From: an uncultured Erysipelotrichaceae bacterium
GTDB taxonomy: Bacteria; Bacillota_I; Bacilli_A; Erysipelotrichales; Coprobacillaceae
NCBI GenBank assembly: GCA_958421935.1
Contig: CATZMX010000001.1
Coordinates: 8,024 to 72,023, forward strand
Length of the DNA stretch: 64,000 nucleotides
Direction of reading: 5' to 3'
Position numbers and translations under genes: made by a program. The notes beneath the pieces are model-generated. The model saw nothing but the letters and a program-made list of their open reading frames with translations, did no database searches and was not told where the DNA came from. Positions 1-9,349 of the stretch are shown one piece after another. Position 1 is the stretch's first letter. Each line of letters begins with the position of its first letter.

Positions 1-520
1 GATAACTACAACCTATCAATTCAGCAACGACTACAAAATTATCTTGAACAATAGAGTTTTTATGAGAAACAATAAAGTAAGCCGCTAATCTATTTTCAAC
101 TGGATAATTTAATGAAATAGACTGATTCTGAGTTGATTTAGAATGCTTGCTGGCAAGATTTTTTGCGATGGTTTTCATAAAGAAAACATCATTCATTAAT
201 ATTTCATGATATTTAGAAAGGGAAATAGTTGCACAAATACAATCTTCATAAGCAATCACATTATTAATAATAGGAGATTGAGTGATAAATTCTAAATCAC
301 CAATAATAGAGTAGGGACTATTAAAACTGCATAACATACTATTTCCATTCGCATTAATATGGTTTACTTTCACTTTTCCTCTTAAAAGAATATAAATATA
401 ATTAAGCTTTTCACCTTGATGTAATAAATATTCGTCTTTATTTAATTTTTTAATTTCAATATATTGATAATTATCAACGTGAAGAATTTCTAATTTTTTT
501 AATTCATTTAAATAATTCAT
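1..520 (-). CDS. Crp/Fnr-family transcriptional regulator (cNMP-binding domain); its 3' end lies outside the window
   Basis: Reverse-strand ORF absent from the supplied track because it runs off the window edge. Translation from the ATG complement at 520-518 reads MNYLNELKKLEILHVDNYQYIEIKKLNKDEYLLHQGEKLNYIYILLRGKVKVNHINANGNS..., which matches the cyclic-nucleotide-binding beta-roll of Crp/Fnr regulators. Confidence 0.55.
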   Translation of the reverse strand, partial: MNYLNELKKLEILHVDNYQYIEIKKLNKDEYLLHQGEKLNYIYILLRGKVKVNHINANGNSMLCSFNSPYSIIGDLEFITQSPIINNVIAYEDCICATISLSKYHEILMNDVFFMKTIAKNLASKHSKSTQNQSISLNYPVENRLAAYFIVSHKNSIVQDNFVVVAELIGCSY

Positions 521-601
521 CTAAATCACCATCACCAATATGACATATGTCGTATTTATAATCAAGTTCAATCACTATAATTCTTTCTGGAGGTGATCTT
601 G

Positions 602-1021
602 ATGGATTTTGTATTAGCCACATTATGTGGGATTATTGTAACGACAATGAATGTATTTAATGGGCAATTATCAGATTATACAGGGGTCTATTTATCAACA
701 GTTATCATTCATTTAGTTGGTTTAGTTACTTTTTTAATTATTATGAAAATCAAAGATAAGAAAGTTTGTTTTAAAAAACAAATTCCTTTATATATGTATT
801 GTGGAGGATGTATTGGGGTATTAACCGTTATTTTTAATGTTTTTGCGATTGGTAAGATAGGAGCTTCTTTAATGACAGCACTAGGATTATTAGGACAAAT
901 GATGACATCTTTGTTGTTAGAAAATAAGGGATGGCTAGCGACATCTATTCGAAAATTAAATATAGGAAAGATCATAGGATTAGCAGTTGTTTGTTTAGGA
1001 ATAGGAGTGATGTTATTATGA
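602..1021 (+). CDS. DMT-superfamily membrane protein (DUF606/YdcZ-like), first of a pair
   Basis: 142-aa track ORF, strongly hydrophobic with about 4 TM segments. A GGAGGTG RBS lies 8 nt before the ATG at 602. Its stop overlaps the next start in an ATGA arrangement. Confidence 0.55.
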   Translation: MDFVLATLCGIIVTTMNVFNGQLSDYTGVYLSTVIIHLVGLVTFLIIMKIKDKKVCFKKQIPLYMYCGGCIGVLTVIFNVFAIGKIGASLMTALGLLGQMMTSLLLENKGWLATSIRKLNIGKIIGLAVVCLGIGVMLL

Positions 1022-1455
1022 TTTCTATTATATTTTCTATTCTATCAGGAGTTACAATTGTTTTAAGCCGTAGTGTCAATGGGATGCTTTCTAAGAAAAT
1101 GGGAGCTTATCAGGGAACGTTTTATAATTACTTTACAGGCTTTATAACAAGTTTGATTTTAATGCTTGTTTTGATGATTGTTGGTGTTCAACATATAAAT
1201 ATTTCTTTAGATAAAACGAATTTGATGATGTATTTAGGTGGAATCATAGGGGTTTTTAATATCTTGATTTTAAATATTATTGTTCCTAGAATATCACCTG
1301 TTATCCTTACTTTATTAAGCTTTATTGGACAACTTGTCAGTGGGATGGTGATTGATGCTTTTGTATATAACATGTTTTCTATTTCAAAGATTTTAGGATG
1401 TTTGATTGTTATTGCTGGTTTAGTGATTTATCAATTAAGTGAAGAAAAAGCATAA
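1018..1455 (+). CDS. DMT-superfamily membrane protein (DUF606/YdcZ-like), second of the pair
   Basis: Continues the track ORF 931..1455 from the ATG at 1018 (MISIIFSILSG...). It is a hydrophobic paralog of the upstream gene and is translationally coupled to it (ATGA overlap). Confidence 0.55.
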   Translation: MISIIFSILSGVTIVLSRSVNGMLSKKMGAYQGTFYNYFTGFITSLILMLVLMIVGVQHINISLDKTNLMMYLGGIIGVFNILILNIIVPRISPVILTLLSFIGQLVSGMVIDAFVYNMFSISKILGCLIVIAGLVIYQLSEEKA

Positions 1456-1467
1456 AAGAAGATCAGT

Positions 1468-1743
1468 TTAGATCTTCTTTTTGCTTAATATGAGCTTTTC
1501 TTTTTCTGATCTTTTTAATTGTTTAATTTGATACTCTCTTTTTAAAGCCTCGCTTTTATGTTCAAAAGTTTCAAAATAAACAAGTTCGACTGGTCTTCTT
1601 GCCTTTGTATATTTAGCACCTTTACCAGCGTTATGGGCTTCAATACGCTTTTCTAGCTGATTTGTCCAACCAGTATAAAGTGTTTGATCACGACACCTTA
1701 CGATATAAACGTAATTATTTTGTTGTTGAGCCAAAGCCACCAT
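1468..1743 (-). CDS. GIY-YIG nuclease-superfamily small protein (UPF0213-like)
   Basis: Reads ...NNYVYIVRCRDQTLYTGWTNQLEKRIEAHNAGKGAKYTKARRPVELVYFETFEHKSEALKREYQIKQLKR, a canonical GIY-YIG core. The start is ambiguous (candidates at 1788, 1767 and 1743), and the ORF overlaps the 3' end of the dut-like gene. Confidence 0.6.
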   Translation of the reverse strand: MVALAQQQNNYVYIVRCRDQTLYTGWTNQLEKRIEAHNAGKGAKYTKARRPVELVYFETFEHKSEALKREYQIKQLKRSEKEKLILSKKKI

Positions 1744-2229
1744 TTCTTTCTTCAGTGACATCATCATCTTCAACAATTCCAAATTCAAAGAAAATTCCTT
1801 GAACCATTCCTTGTCCTGCTTTTAAAGAAAGTGATTTATCTTCATTGCTATCATTTGTAAGTTTTACAAACATATGTCCTTCATTATCACTATTATAATA
1901 ATCACTATCAATAATACCTACTGTATTATTAAGTTGTAAACGATATTTAAATCCTAAACCACTACGAGGATATAAACCTAATACCCAACCATTTTCAATA
2001 CGTACACGAATACCTGTAGGAATTTTAATAGTTTGTCCTGGATTTAATTCAAAGTCAATAGGACTATAGAAATCATAACCTGCTGATCCTTTTGTAGCAC
2101 GTTTTGGAAGTTGAATAGAATTATAGATTTCTTCTACTTCTTTTTCATTATATTGAGGAAATGAATCCATGAAATCATTTTTAAATTGGTTATATGATAC
2201 TTTTTCAAATTTTGCGATTTTTTTCATAA
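1715..2229 (-). CDS. dut: dUTP diphosphatase with an N-terminal extension of about 50 aa
   Basis: All five dUTPase motifs are present: GSAGYDFYSP, PRSGLG, GIIDSDYYNSDNEGHM, GMVQGIF, ERNGGFGSTTK. Start chosen at MKKIAKFEK (ATG complement at 2229). Confidence 0.75.
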
Positions 2230-2381
2230 TTTTTCTCCTTTTTACTTCTCTATTATAGAGGAAAAAAGAAAACAAGAAAATAAATAATTTCATCACTTGA
2301 CATAGGGAAATGAGATTGTTATTATAAGTGTAAATTACAAGACATAGTATTAAATACTACATAAGATAGTTAAAAGAGGTA

Positions 2382-3053
2382 ATGTGTATGAAAAGAACAA
2401 AATTAGATGATCGTGTTTTACCTGTTTATACAAAAGGTGAAGAAATATTTAATATGGTAACTCATATTGTAGGTGGGGCGATGGGAATAGCCGCATTAGT
2501 TTTATGTATTATTTTTTGTCATGATGGTTATGGCTTATTTTCAGGGATTGTTTATGGAATTTCGATGATTCTTCTTTATACAATGTCAGCTATCTATCAT
2601 GGTTTATCACCTAAGCTTAAAGCAAAGAAAATTTTCCAAATTATGGATCATTGCAGTATCTTTGTATTGATTGCGGGAACTTACACACCGGTTTTACTTT
2701 GTTCAATAAGAGAAGTTGATGCTAAATGGGCTTGGATTTTATTTGCAGTCATATGGATCATGACAGTGATTGGAATTACGTTAAATGCAATCGATATTAA
2801 AAAATATCAAACTTTTTCAATGATTTGTTATTTAGTGATGGGTTGGTGTATTATTTTTAAAATCAATCTCTTACCACAAGCAATAGGAATGAATGGTATT
2901 TGGTTACTTGTTTCAGGAGGACTTGCTTATACAATTGGTGTTATTTTCTATGTATTACAAAATAAGATTAAATATATGCATAGTATTTGGCATTTATGGA
3001 TTTTAGTTGGTTCTATCTTACATTTTTTATGTATTATCTTATATGTTCTTTAG
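2382..3053 (+). CDS. Hemolysin-III/PAQR-family membrane protein (YqfA/TrhA-like)
   Basis: 223 aa with seven predicted TM segments and conserved histidines (HIVGG..., YHGLS, HSIWHLW) typical of the HlyIII family. Confidence 0.65.
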   Translation: MCMKRTKLDDRVLPVYTKGEEIFNMVTHIVGGAMGIAALVLCIIFCHDGYGLFSGIVYGISMILLYTMSAIYHGLSPKLKAKKIFQIMDHCSIFVLIAGTYTPVLLCSIREVDAKWAWILFAVIWIMTVIGITLNAIDIKKYQTFSMICYLVMGWCIIFKINLLPQAIGMNGIWLLVSGGLAYTIGVIFYVLQNKIKYMHSIWHLWILVGSILHFLCIILYVL

Positions 3054-3303
3054 AATTTATAAAAATCATAAATATATTTTTTACAAAGTCCTTTGTTTAT
3101 ATAAACATTGGATTTTTTTATTTTGTAAAAACGTAAAAGAACTATAAAATCAATATTATTTGTGATAGAATGGATTGGACGTCGAATTATTTTAAGTAAA
3201 ATAATTCGAAAAAAAGTATGGGCCAATAGAGCATAAAAGTATATTTTTTTTTTTGATTGGCTATAATACAAATACATAAAAAATACGAAAGGGGATATTT
3301 GGC

Positions 3304-5481
3304 GTGAAAATAATAAAAAGAAATGGGCAAGAAGCAATTTTTGATGAAGTAAAAATTACCAATGCAATTATTGGTGCTAATAAAGAAGTTGTTGAAACAG
3401 AAAGACTTTCTGAAGAAGAAATAGATAATATTACAAATGACATTAAATATAAATGTCAAAAAATGAAAAGAGCATTAAGCGTTGAAGAAATTCAAAACTT
3501 AGTAGAAGATGAATTAATGAAATTAAATGCTTTTTCTGTTGCCAGAAAGTATATTACATATCGTTTTCAAAGAGCACTAGCAAGACAATCTAATACAACT
3601 GATGATCAAATTTTAAGTTTGATTGAATGTGCAAATGAAGAAGTTAAACAAGAAAACTCTAATAAAAACCCTACAGTAAATAGTGTACAAAGAGATTATA
3701 TGGCTGGAGAAGTTAGTAAAGATTTAACAAGAAGAATTTTACTTCCAGAAGATATTGTAAAAGCACATGATGAAGGATTGATTCATTTCCATGATGCTGA
3801 TTATTTCTCTCAACATATGCATAACTGTGATTTAGTAAATCTAGAAGATATGTTACAAAATGGAACAGTTATTTCAGAAACAATGATTGAAAAACCAAAG
3901 AGTTTTTCTACTGCATGTAATGTAGCTACTCAAATTATTGCTCAAGTAGCAAGTTCTCAATATGGGGGACAAAGTATTACATTATCTCATTTAGCACCAT
4001 TTGTTGATGTAAGTAGACAAAAATTTAGAAAAGAAGTTAAAGAAGAATTTGAAACTATTGGTTTAGAATTAGATGATGAAAAAATCAATGCTTTAGCTGA
4101 AGAACGTTTGAAAAAAGAAATTACTAAAGGGGTACAAACAATTCAATATCAAGTTGTTACTTTAATGACAACAAATGGACAAGCACCATTTATTACTGTC
4201 TTCATGTATTTAAATGAAGTACCTGAAGGACGTTTAAGAGATGACCTTGCTATGATCATTGAAGAAACACTTAAACAAAGAATGAAAGGTGTTAAAAATG
4301 AAAAAGGTGTTTATATTACACCAGCATTTCCTAAATTAATCTATGCTTTACAAGAAAACAATATTGAACCTAATAGTCAATATTATTATTTAACAGAACT
4401 TGCTGCAAGATGTTCAGCAAAACGTTTAGTTCCTGATTATATTTCTGAAAAAGTAATGAAAGAATTAAAAGTTGATCAAAATGGAAATGGTCAATGTTAT
4501 CCATCAATGGGATGTAGATCTTTCTTAACACCTTATATTGATGAAAATGGTAAACCAAAATACTATGGACGTTTCAATCAAGGAGTTGTGACAATCAACT
4601 TAGTTGATGTGGCTTGTTCATCAAAAAGAGACATGAATAAATTCTGGAAAATCTTTGATGAAAGATTAGATTTATGTTATAGAGCTTTAATGTGTAGACA
4701 TGAACGTTTAAAAGGAACACCTAGTGATGTTGCTCCTATTTTATGGCAACACGGAGCATTGGCTCGTCTTAAAAAAGGTGAAACAATTGATAAATTATTA
4801 TACGGTGGTTATTCAACAATTTCTCTTGGATATGCTGGATTATATGAATGTGTTAAATATATGACAGGTAAATCACATACAGATCCAAGTGCAACACCAT
4901 TTGCAATTGAAGTGATGCAACATTTAAATGATGCATGTACTAAATGGAAAGAAAAAGAAAATATTGATTTCTCACTTTATGGAACACCAATTGAATCAAC
5001 AACTTATAAATTTGCGAAATGTTTACAAAAACGTTTTGGTAAAATTGAAGGTGTTACAGATAGAAACTATATAACAAATAGTTATCATATCCATGTAACA
5101 GAACATATTAATGCCTTTGATAAATTAACATTTGAATCTCAATTCCAAAAATTATCACCAGGTGGAGCTATTTCATATGTAGAAGTTCCAGACATGCAAG
5201 ATAATATTGATGCGGTATTAGCTGTTATGAAACATATTTATAATAATATTATGTATGCTGAATTAAATACAAAGAGTGATTATTGTATGGCTTGTGGATA
5301 TGATGGAGAAATTCAAATTGAAAAAGATGAAAATGGTAAGCTTATTTGGGTATGTCCAAATTGTGGAAATAAAAACCAAGATATGATGTCTGTTGCTAGA
5401 CGTACATGTGGTTATATTGGAACACAATTCTGGAATCAAGGAAGAACACAAGAAATCAAAGAACGTGTATTACACTTATAG
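3304..5481 (+). CDS. nrdD: Anaerobic ribonucleoside-triphosphate reductase (class III RNR)
   Basis: N-terminal ATP-cone (MKIIKRNGQEAIFDEVKITNAI). C-terminal Zn-ribbon (CMACGYDGE...CPNCGN) and the glycyl-radical motif RRTCGYIG. GTG start preceded by a GGGGA RBS. Confidence 0.9.
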   Translation: MKIIKRNGQEAIFDEVKITNAIIGANKEVVETERLSEEEIDNITNDIKYKCQKMKRALSVEEIQNLVEDELMKLNAFSVARKYITYRFQRALARQSNTTDDQILSLIECANEEVKQENSNKNPTVNSVQRDYMAGEVSKDLTRRILLPEDIVKAHDEGLIHFHDADYFSQHMHNCDLVNLEDMLQNGTVISETMIEKPKSFSTACNVATQIIAQVASSQYGGQSITLSHLAPFVDVSRQKFRKEVKEEFETIGLELDDEKINALAEERLKKEITKGVQTIQYQVVTLMTTNGQAPFITVFMYLNEVPEGRLRDDLAMIIEETLKQRMKGVKNEKGVYITPAFPKLIYALQENNIEPNSQYYYLTELAARCSAKRLVPDYISEKVMKELKVDQNGNGQCYPSMGCRSFLTPYIDENGKPKYYGRFNQGVVTINLVDVACSSKRDMNKFWKIFDERLDLCYRALMCRHERLKGTPSDVAPILWQHGALARLKKGETIDKLLYGGYSTISLGYAGLYECVKYMTGKSHTDPSATPFAIEVMQHLNDACTKWKEKENIDFSLYGTPIESTTYKFAKCLQKRFGKIEGVTDRNYITNSYHIHVTEHINAFDKLTFESQFQKLSPGGAISYVEVPDMQDNIDAVLAVMKHIYNNIMYAELNTKSDYCMACGYDGEIQIEKDENGKLIWVCPNCGNKNQDMMSVARRTCGYIGTQFWNQGRTQEIKERVLHL

Positions 5482-5508
5482 AGATGAAATTTTCATCTCT
5501 TTTTTTTA
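5480..5508 (+). terminator. Rho-independent terminator after nrdD
   Basis: agagatgaaa/tttcatctct perfect inverted repeat followed by T8. Confidence 0.7.
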
Positions 5509-5603
5509 TATTTATAATAGTTAAAAGCTATGATAAATAATAGGTTATAAGTATTAGTAATAAATTAATTCAAGATTATAATAGAAGCGAAATGGGGGAT
5601 TAG

Positions 5604-6956
5604 ATGAAAGAGATAGATATGTTACACGGAAGTATTTGGAATAAAATACCATTATTTGCCTTACCTGTTGCTATGACGGCTATTTTAGAACAATTATTTA
5701 ATGCTTCTGATATTGCGGTTGTTGGTAATTTTACAGGTAAAATGGGAACGATAGCTGTAGCTGCAGTAGGAGCGAATAGTCCTATTATTAGTTTAATTGT
5801 GAATTTATTTATTGGTATTGCTTTAGGAACAACAGTGGTCATTGCTAATGCGATTGGGCGTGATGATAAAAAGACTGTTCATCATGCGGTGCATACTTCT
5901 ATTTTAATGGCAATTGTTGGGGGATTTGTTGTTACGATTATTGGAGAATTAGTTGCTGGTTATGTTTTAAATATGTTAAATGTTCCTCGTGATGTTTATG
6001 GACAAGCACTTCTTTATTTAAGAATTTATTTATTAGGTATGCCAGTTATTTTATTATATAACTTTGAAGCAGCTATTTTTAGAAGTGTTGGAGATACTAA
6101 AGTTCCTTTAAAAACATTAGTTATTTCAGGAATTATTAATGTTATTTTAAATTTATTTTTTGTAATTGTTTTAAAGATGACAGTTAATGGTGTTGCTATT
6201 GCTACTGTTATTTCTAATTTAATAAGTGCAATTATTTTATTAAATAAATTGATTAAAACAGATCAATATATACATGTGAATTTAAAAGAGTTAAGAATCT
6301 ATAAATTATCACTTGTTAGAATTTTAAAAATAGGAATGCCTGCAGGCATTCAAAGTGCCGTTTTTGCTCTTGCAAATATTGTTATTCAAGCAGCTATCAA
6401 TAGTTTAGGAACAGTTGTGATTGCAGCTTCAAGTGCAGCCTTTAATGTAGAAATCTTTGCTTATGATATTTTAAATTCTTTTGGGCAAGCTTGTACTACT
6501 TTTGTAGGACAAAATTATGGAGCAGGGCAAATTGATCGTTGTAAAAAGACCCTTTATTTGTGTTTGATTGAAGATGCTATTGCTTCAGCTCTTGCAATAG
6601 GAATTATTATTGTTTCTGGTAAATTCTTATTATCATTATTTAATAATAATCCACAAGTTATTCAAATTGGCTATACACGTTTAATTATGGTCTTTACAGC
6701 CTATATCTTTAGTATGCTCTATGAAGTGATGTCAGGTTATTTAAGAGGGTTTGGTATATCTTTAGTGCCAGCTATTCTTACTTGTATTTGTATTTGTGGA
6801 ACAAGAGTTTTATGGGTAGAAACAGTATTTAAAAGTTATCAATCATTTACGACTATTATGTGTGCGTATCCTTTAAGTTTATCCCTTACAGCTGTTGCTA
6901 TCTTTTGTGCTTTGATGTATTATCGACCATCAAAGAAAATGTTAAATAAAAATTAA
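5604..6956 (+). CDS. MATE-family efflux transporter
   Basis: 450 aa and 12 TM segments. The N-terminus FALPVAMTAILEQLFNASDIAVVGNF is typical of NorM/DinF-type MATE proteins. Confidence 0.8.
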   Translation: MKEIDMLHGSIWNKIPLFALPVAMTAILEQLFNASDIAVVGNFTGKMGTIAVAAVGANSPIISLIVNLFIGIALGTTVVIANAIGRDDKKTVHHAVHTSILMAIVGGFVVTIIGELVAGYVLNMLNVPRDVYGQALLYLRIYLLGMPVILLYNFEAAIFRSVGDTKVPLKTLVISGIINVILNLFFVIVLKMTVNGVAIATVISNLISAIILLNKLIKTDQYIHVNLKELRIYKLSLVRILKIGMPAGIQSAVFALANIVIQAAINSLGTVVIAASSAAFNVEIFAYDILNSFGQACTTFVGQNYGAGQIDRCKKTLYLCLIEDAIASALAIGIIIVSGKFLLSLFNNNPQVIQIGYTRLIMVFTAYIFSMLYEVMSGYLRGFGISLVPAILTCICICGTRVLWVETVFKSYQSFTTIMCAYPLSLSLTAVAIFCALMYYRPSKKMLNKN

Positions 6957-6989
6957 TAAAATGATAGAATGTATCTAAGAGGTGAAAGT

Positions 6990-7874
6990 ATGTATAATCA
7001 TCAATTAGATACATTTATTGTTGTAGCGGATGTAGGAAGTTTTAATAAAGCTGCAGAAAAGCTCTATATTTCAGCTAATGCAGTTATGAAACAAATTAAT
7101 TTATTAGAAAGAAATATCGGTTTTCCTTTATTTGAAAGAACCCATACAGGATTAAAGTTAACAGCTTCAGGAAAGTCTTTTTATAAAGATGCAAAATATA
7201 TCATTCAATATTCAAAAGAAGCTATTTTAAGAGCAAGTCAAATTAAAGATGAACATATTATTCGTTTAGGTGTTTCTTTTACGACACCTGTAGATTATAT
7301 TATGGATCTATGGAATCAAATGAATGATCAATCTTTAAAATTAGAATTAGTTTCTTTTGAAAACACACCAGAAAACGCTAAAGAAATCATGAAAAACTTT
7401 GGTCAAAAAATGGATATTGTAGCAGGAATCTATAGTCAAAATTTATTAAAGGAAAGAAATTGTTTAGCACTTAAACTTTATGAAAGTTCACTTGCTCTAG
7501 CAATCCCGAGAACACATCCACTAGCTTCTAAAGAAATAATAAATATAGAAGATTTAACAAATGAAAAAATCTTGATTTTAAAAAAAGGTTATTTAAAAGA
7601 CATTGATCGTTTAAGAATAGATTTGTTATCTAAAAATCCTTCAATTATTTTAGAAGAAATTTCTTTCTTTAATGTTAAAGCTTTTAATCAATGTGTAAAT
7701 GAAAATAAATTGATGATTGTTATACCTGAATGGAAAAATATTCATCCAATATTAAAAATCATTCCTGTTCAATGGCATTACACAATTCCTTTTGGCATTA
7801 TGTATTCAAAACAGCCTTCAAATGATGTTCAGTATTTTCTAAATAAAATCGAAAAGTTACAACCTAAAGGTTAA
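6990..7874 (+). CDS. LysR-family transcriptional regulator
   Basis: N-terminal HTH (FIVVADVGSFNKAAEKLYISANAVMKQINLLERNIGFPLFERTHTGLKLT). ATG at 6990, 4 nt after a GAGGTG RBS. Confidence 0.8.
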   Translation: MYNHQLDTFIVVADVGSFNKAAEKLYISANAVMKQINLLERNIGFPLFERTHTGLKLTASGKSFYKDAKYIIQYSKEAILRASQIKDEHIIRLGVSFTTPVDYIMDLWNQMNDQSLKLELVSFENTPENAKEIMKNFGQKMDIVAGIYSQNLLKERNCLALKLYESSLALAIPRTHPLASKEIINIEDLTNEKILILKKGYLKDIDRLRIDLLSKNPSIILEEISFFNVKAFNQCVNENKLMIVIPEWKNIHPILKIIPVQWHYTIPFGIMYSKQPSNDVQYFLNKIEKLQPKG

Positions 7875-7947
7875 TAGTTATGAAGAAATAGAGAATTCAA
7901 AGAGATCTCTATTTTTTATATACTCCTTTTGTAAAGGAGAGATTCAA

Positions 7948-9126
7948 ATGAATAAAAAAATATTAAAAATAGCTTTATTATCAGTATCAATGTTGGTAGC
8001 AGTGGCACCTGCTAGCAACGCTAATATTCCTGCTATGAAAGAAGCATTTCCTCAAATACCTCTTTCTATGGTAGAAATGATTACAACAATTCCTTCATTA
8101 TTTTTAATGATTTCAGTTTTAACAAGTGGTTTTATCGCTAAAAAGATGGGATATAAACAAACTATTATGTTAGGACTAGGAATTGTTGCTATATCAGGGA
8201 TCATTCCTGTATTTATTGGAAACTTCTATTTAGTATTATTTTCTAGAGCGGCTTTAGGTTTTGGAATTGGTTTATTTAATTCATTGTTGATTGGTTTAAT
8301 TAGTTATTTCTTTGATGGAAATGAAAGAACAACACTTATTGGTTATCATGAAGCCTTAGGTGGACTTGGTGGTATGTTGATTACATATATTGCAGGTCAA
8401 CTTATGCATGTAAATTGGCAAGCACCTTTTATCTCTTATGCTATCGCTATTCCGGTATTCTTTATCTTTTGGAAAGTTATTCCCAAAGTTAAAACAGAAG
8501 ATATTTTACATAAAAATACAAAGCAAGTTGTTGTTAACGATGGAAAAGAAGGAAACTTTTCAATTGTCTTTGTCTTTATGATTTTAATTGTCATAGGGGC
8601 AACGCTTAATATGACAATGGGTATTAAAGTATCAAGTTTGATTGTTGAACAAGGTTATGGAAGTGCCAGTGATGCAAGTACAGTCATTATGTTACTTAGT
8701 TTAGGTGCGATGATTTCAGGTTTTCTATTTGGTAAAATGTATAAGCTTTTCAAGAATTATATTATGTCTGTAGGATTTACAATTACAGCACTCGCAATGT
8801 TTATTATTGGCATTTCTAATACATCATGGATGACCGTTTTAGGTGGATTTTTAGTAGGCTTTGGTTTTAGAGTCATGATGCCATGTCTTACAAATATCGT
8901 TAACAGTTCTCATCTTAAAAATCCAACATTAGCGACATCATTACTTCTTGTGGCTTATAATTTAGGAAGTGCTTTTGCTCCTTATGGAAGTATGATTATT
9001 CTAAAGTTCTCTTGGACAAGTGATTTAAGAGGTATTTTCTATGTAGATGGTATTGGTTTTATTTGTTTAGCAGTGATTGTTTTTATTGTAAATAAGGTAA
9101 AAGGAAAACAATCATGCAAAGAGTAA
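7948..9126 (+). CDS. MFS transporter
   Basis: 392 aa, 12 TM segments, MFS-like loop motif (GFIAKKMGYKQ). Confidence 0.7.
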   Translation: MNKKILKIALLSVSMLVAVAPASNANIPAMKEAFPQIPLSMVEMITTIPSLFLMISVLTSGFIAKKMGYKQTIMLGLGIVAISGIIPVFIGNFYLVLFSRAALGFGIGLFNSLLIGLISYFFDGNERTTLIGYHEALGGLGGMLITYIAGQLMHVNWQAPFISYAIAIPVFFIFWKVIPKVKTEDILHKNTKQVVVNDGKEGNFSIVFVFMILIVIGATLNMTMGIKVSSLIVEQGYGSASDASTVIMLLSLGAMISGFLFGKMYKLFKNYIMSVGFTITALAMFIIGISNTSWMTVLGGFLVGFGFRVMMPCLTNIVNSSHLKNPTLATSLLLVAYNLGSAFAPYGSMIILKFSWTSDLRGIFYVDGIGFICLAVIVFIVNKVKGKQSCKE

Positions 9127-9338
9127 TGATTTCAGTAAATCAACAAGATAAAGAAAAACTTCTACATTTATTAGAAGTGAATCAATATAAATATGTAGAA
9201 TATAGAAATCAAGACAAGAGTTTATTTGAAATATTTGTTTATGGTTATCAAACGAATTTACTGATTGAACTTATAAGAAAATATCAAGTAAAATATAATA
9301 TAGATGTCTATTTGTTGAATCAAGTAAAGTTTTATTAA
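9114..9338 (+). CDS. Small hypothetical protein (74 aa), translationally coupled to the MFS gene
   Basis: ORF overlaps the MFS stop by 13 nt. Alternating hydrophobic beta/alpha pattern (VMISVNQ...LLHLLEV...IFVYGY...LIELIRKY). No family recognised. Confidence 0.35.
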   Translation: MQRVMISVNQQDKEKLLHLLEVNQYKYVEYRNQDKSLFEIFVYGYQTNLLIELIRKYQVKYNIDVYLLNQVKFY

Positions 9339-9349
9339 AAGGAGAACAT

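Noticed and set aside
3054-3303. Possible NrdR box upstream of nrdD (for example TCAATATTATTTGTGAT near 3150)
   Set aside because: It matches the NrdR consensus (acaCwAtATaTwGtgt-like) only weakly, and no tandem pair of boxes is evident. Not reported as a feature.
7875-7947. Palindrome AGAGATCTCT after the LysR gene as a terminator
   Set aside because: The stem is too short and has essentially no loop. At best a weak TAGAGA...TCTCTA structure, so not called.
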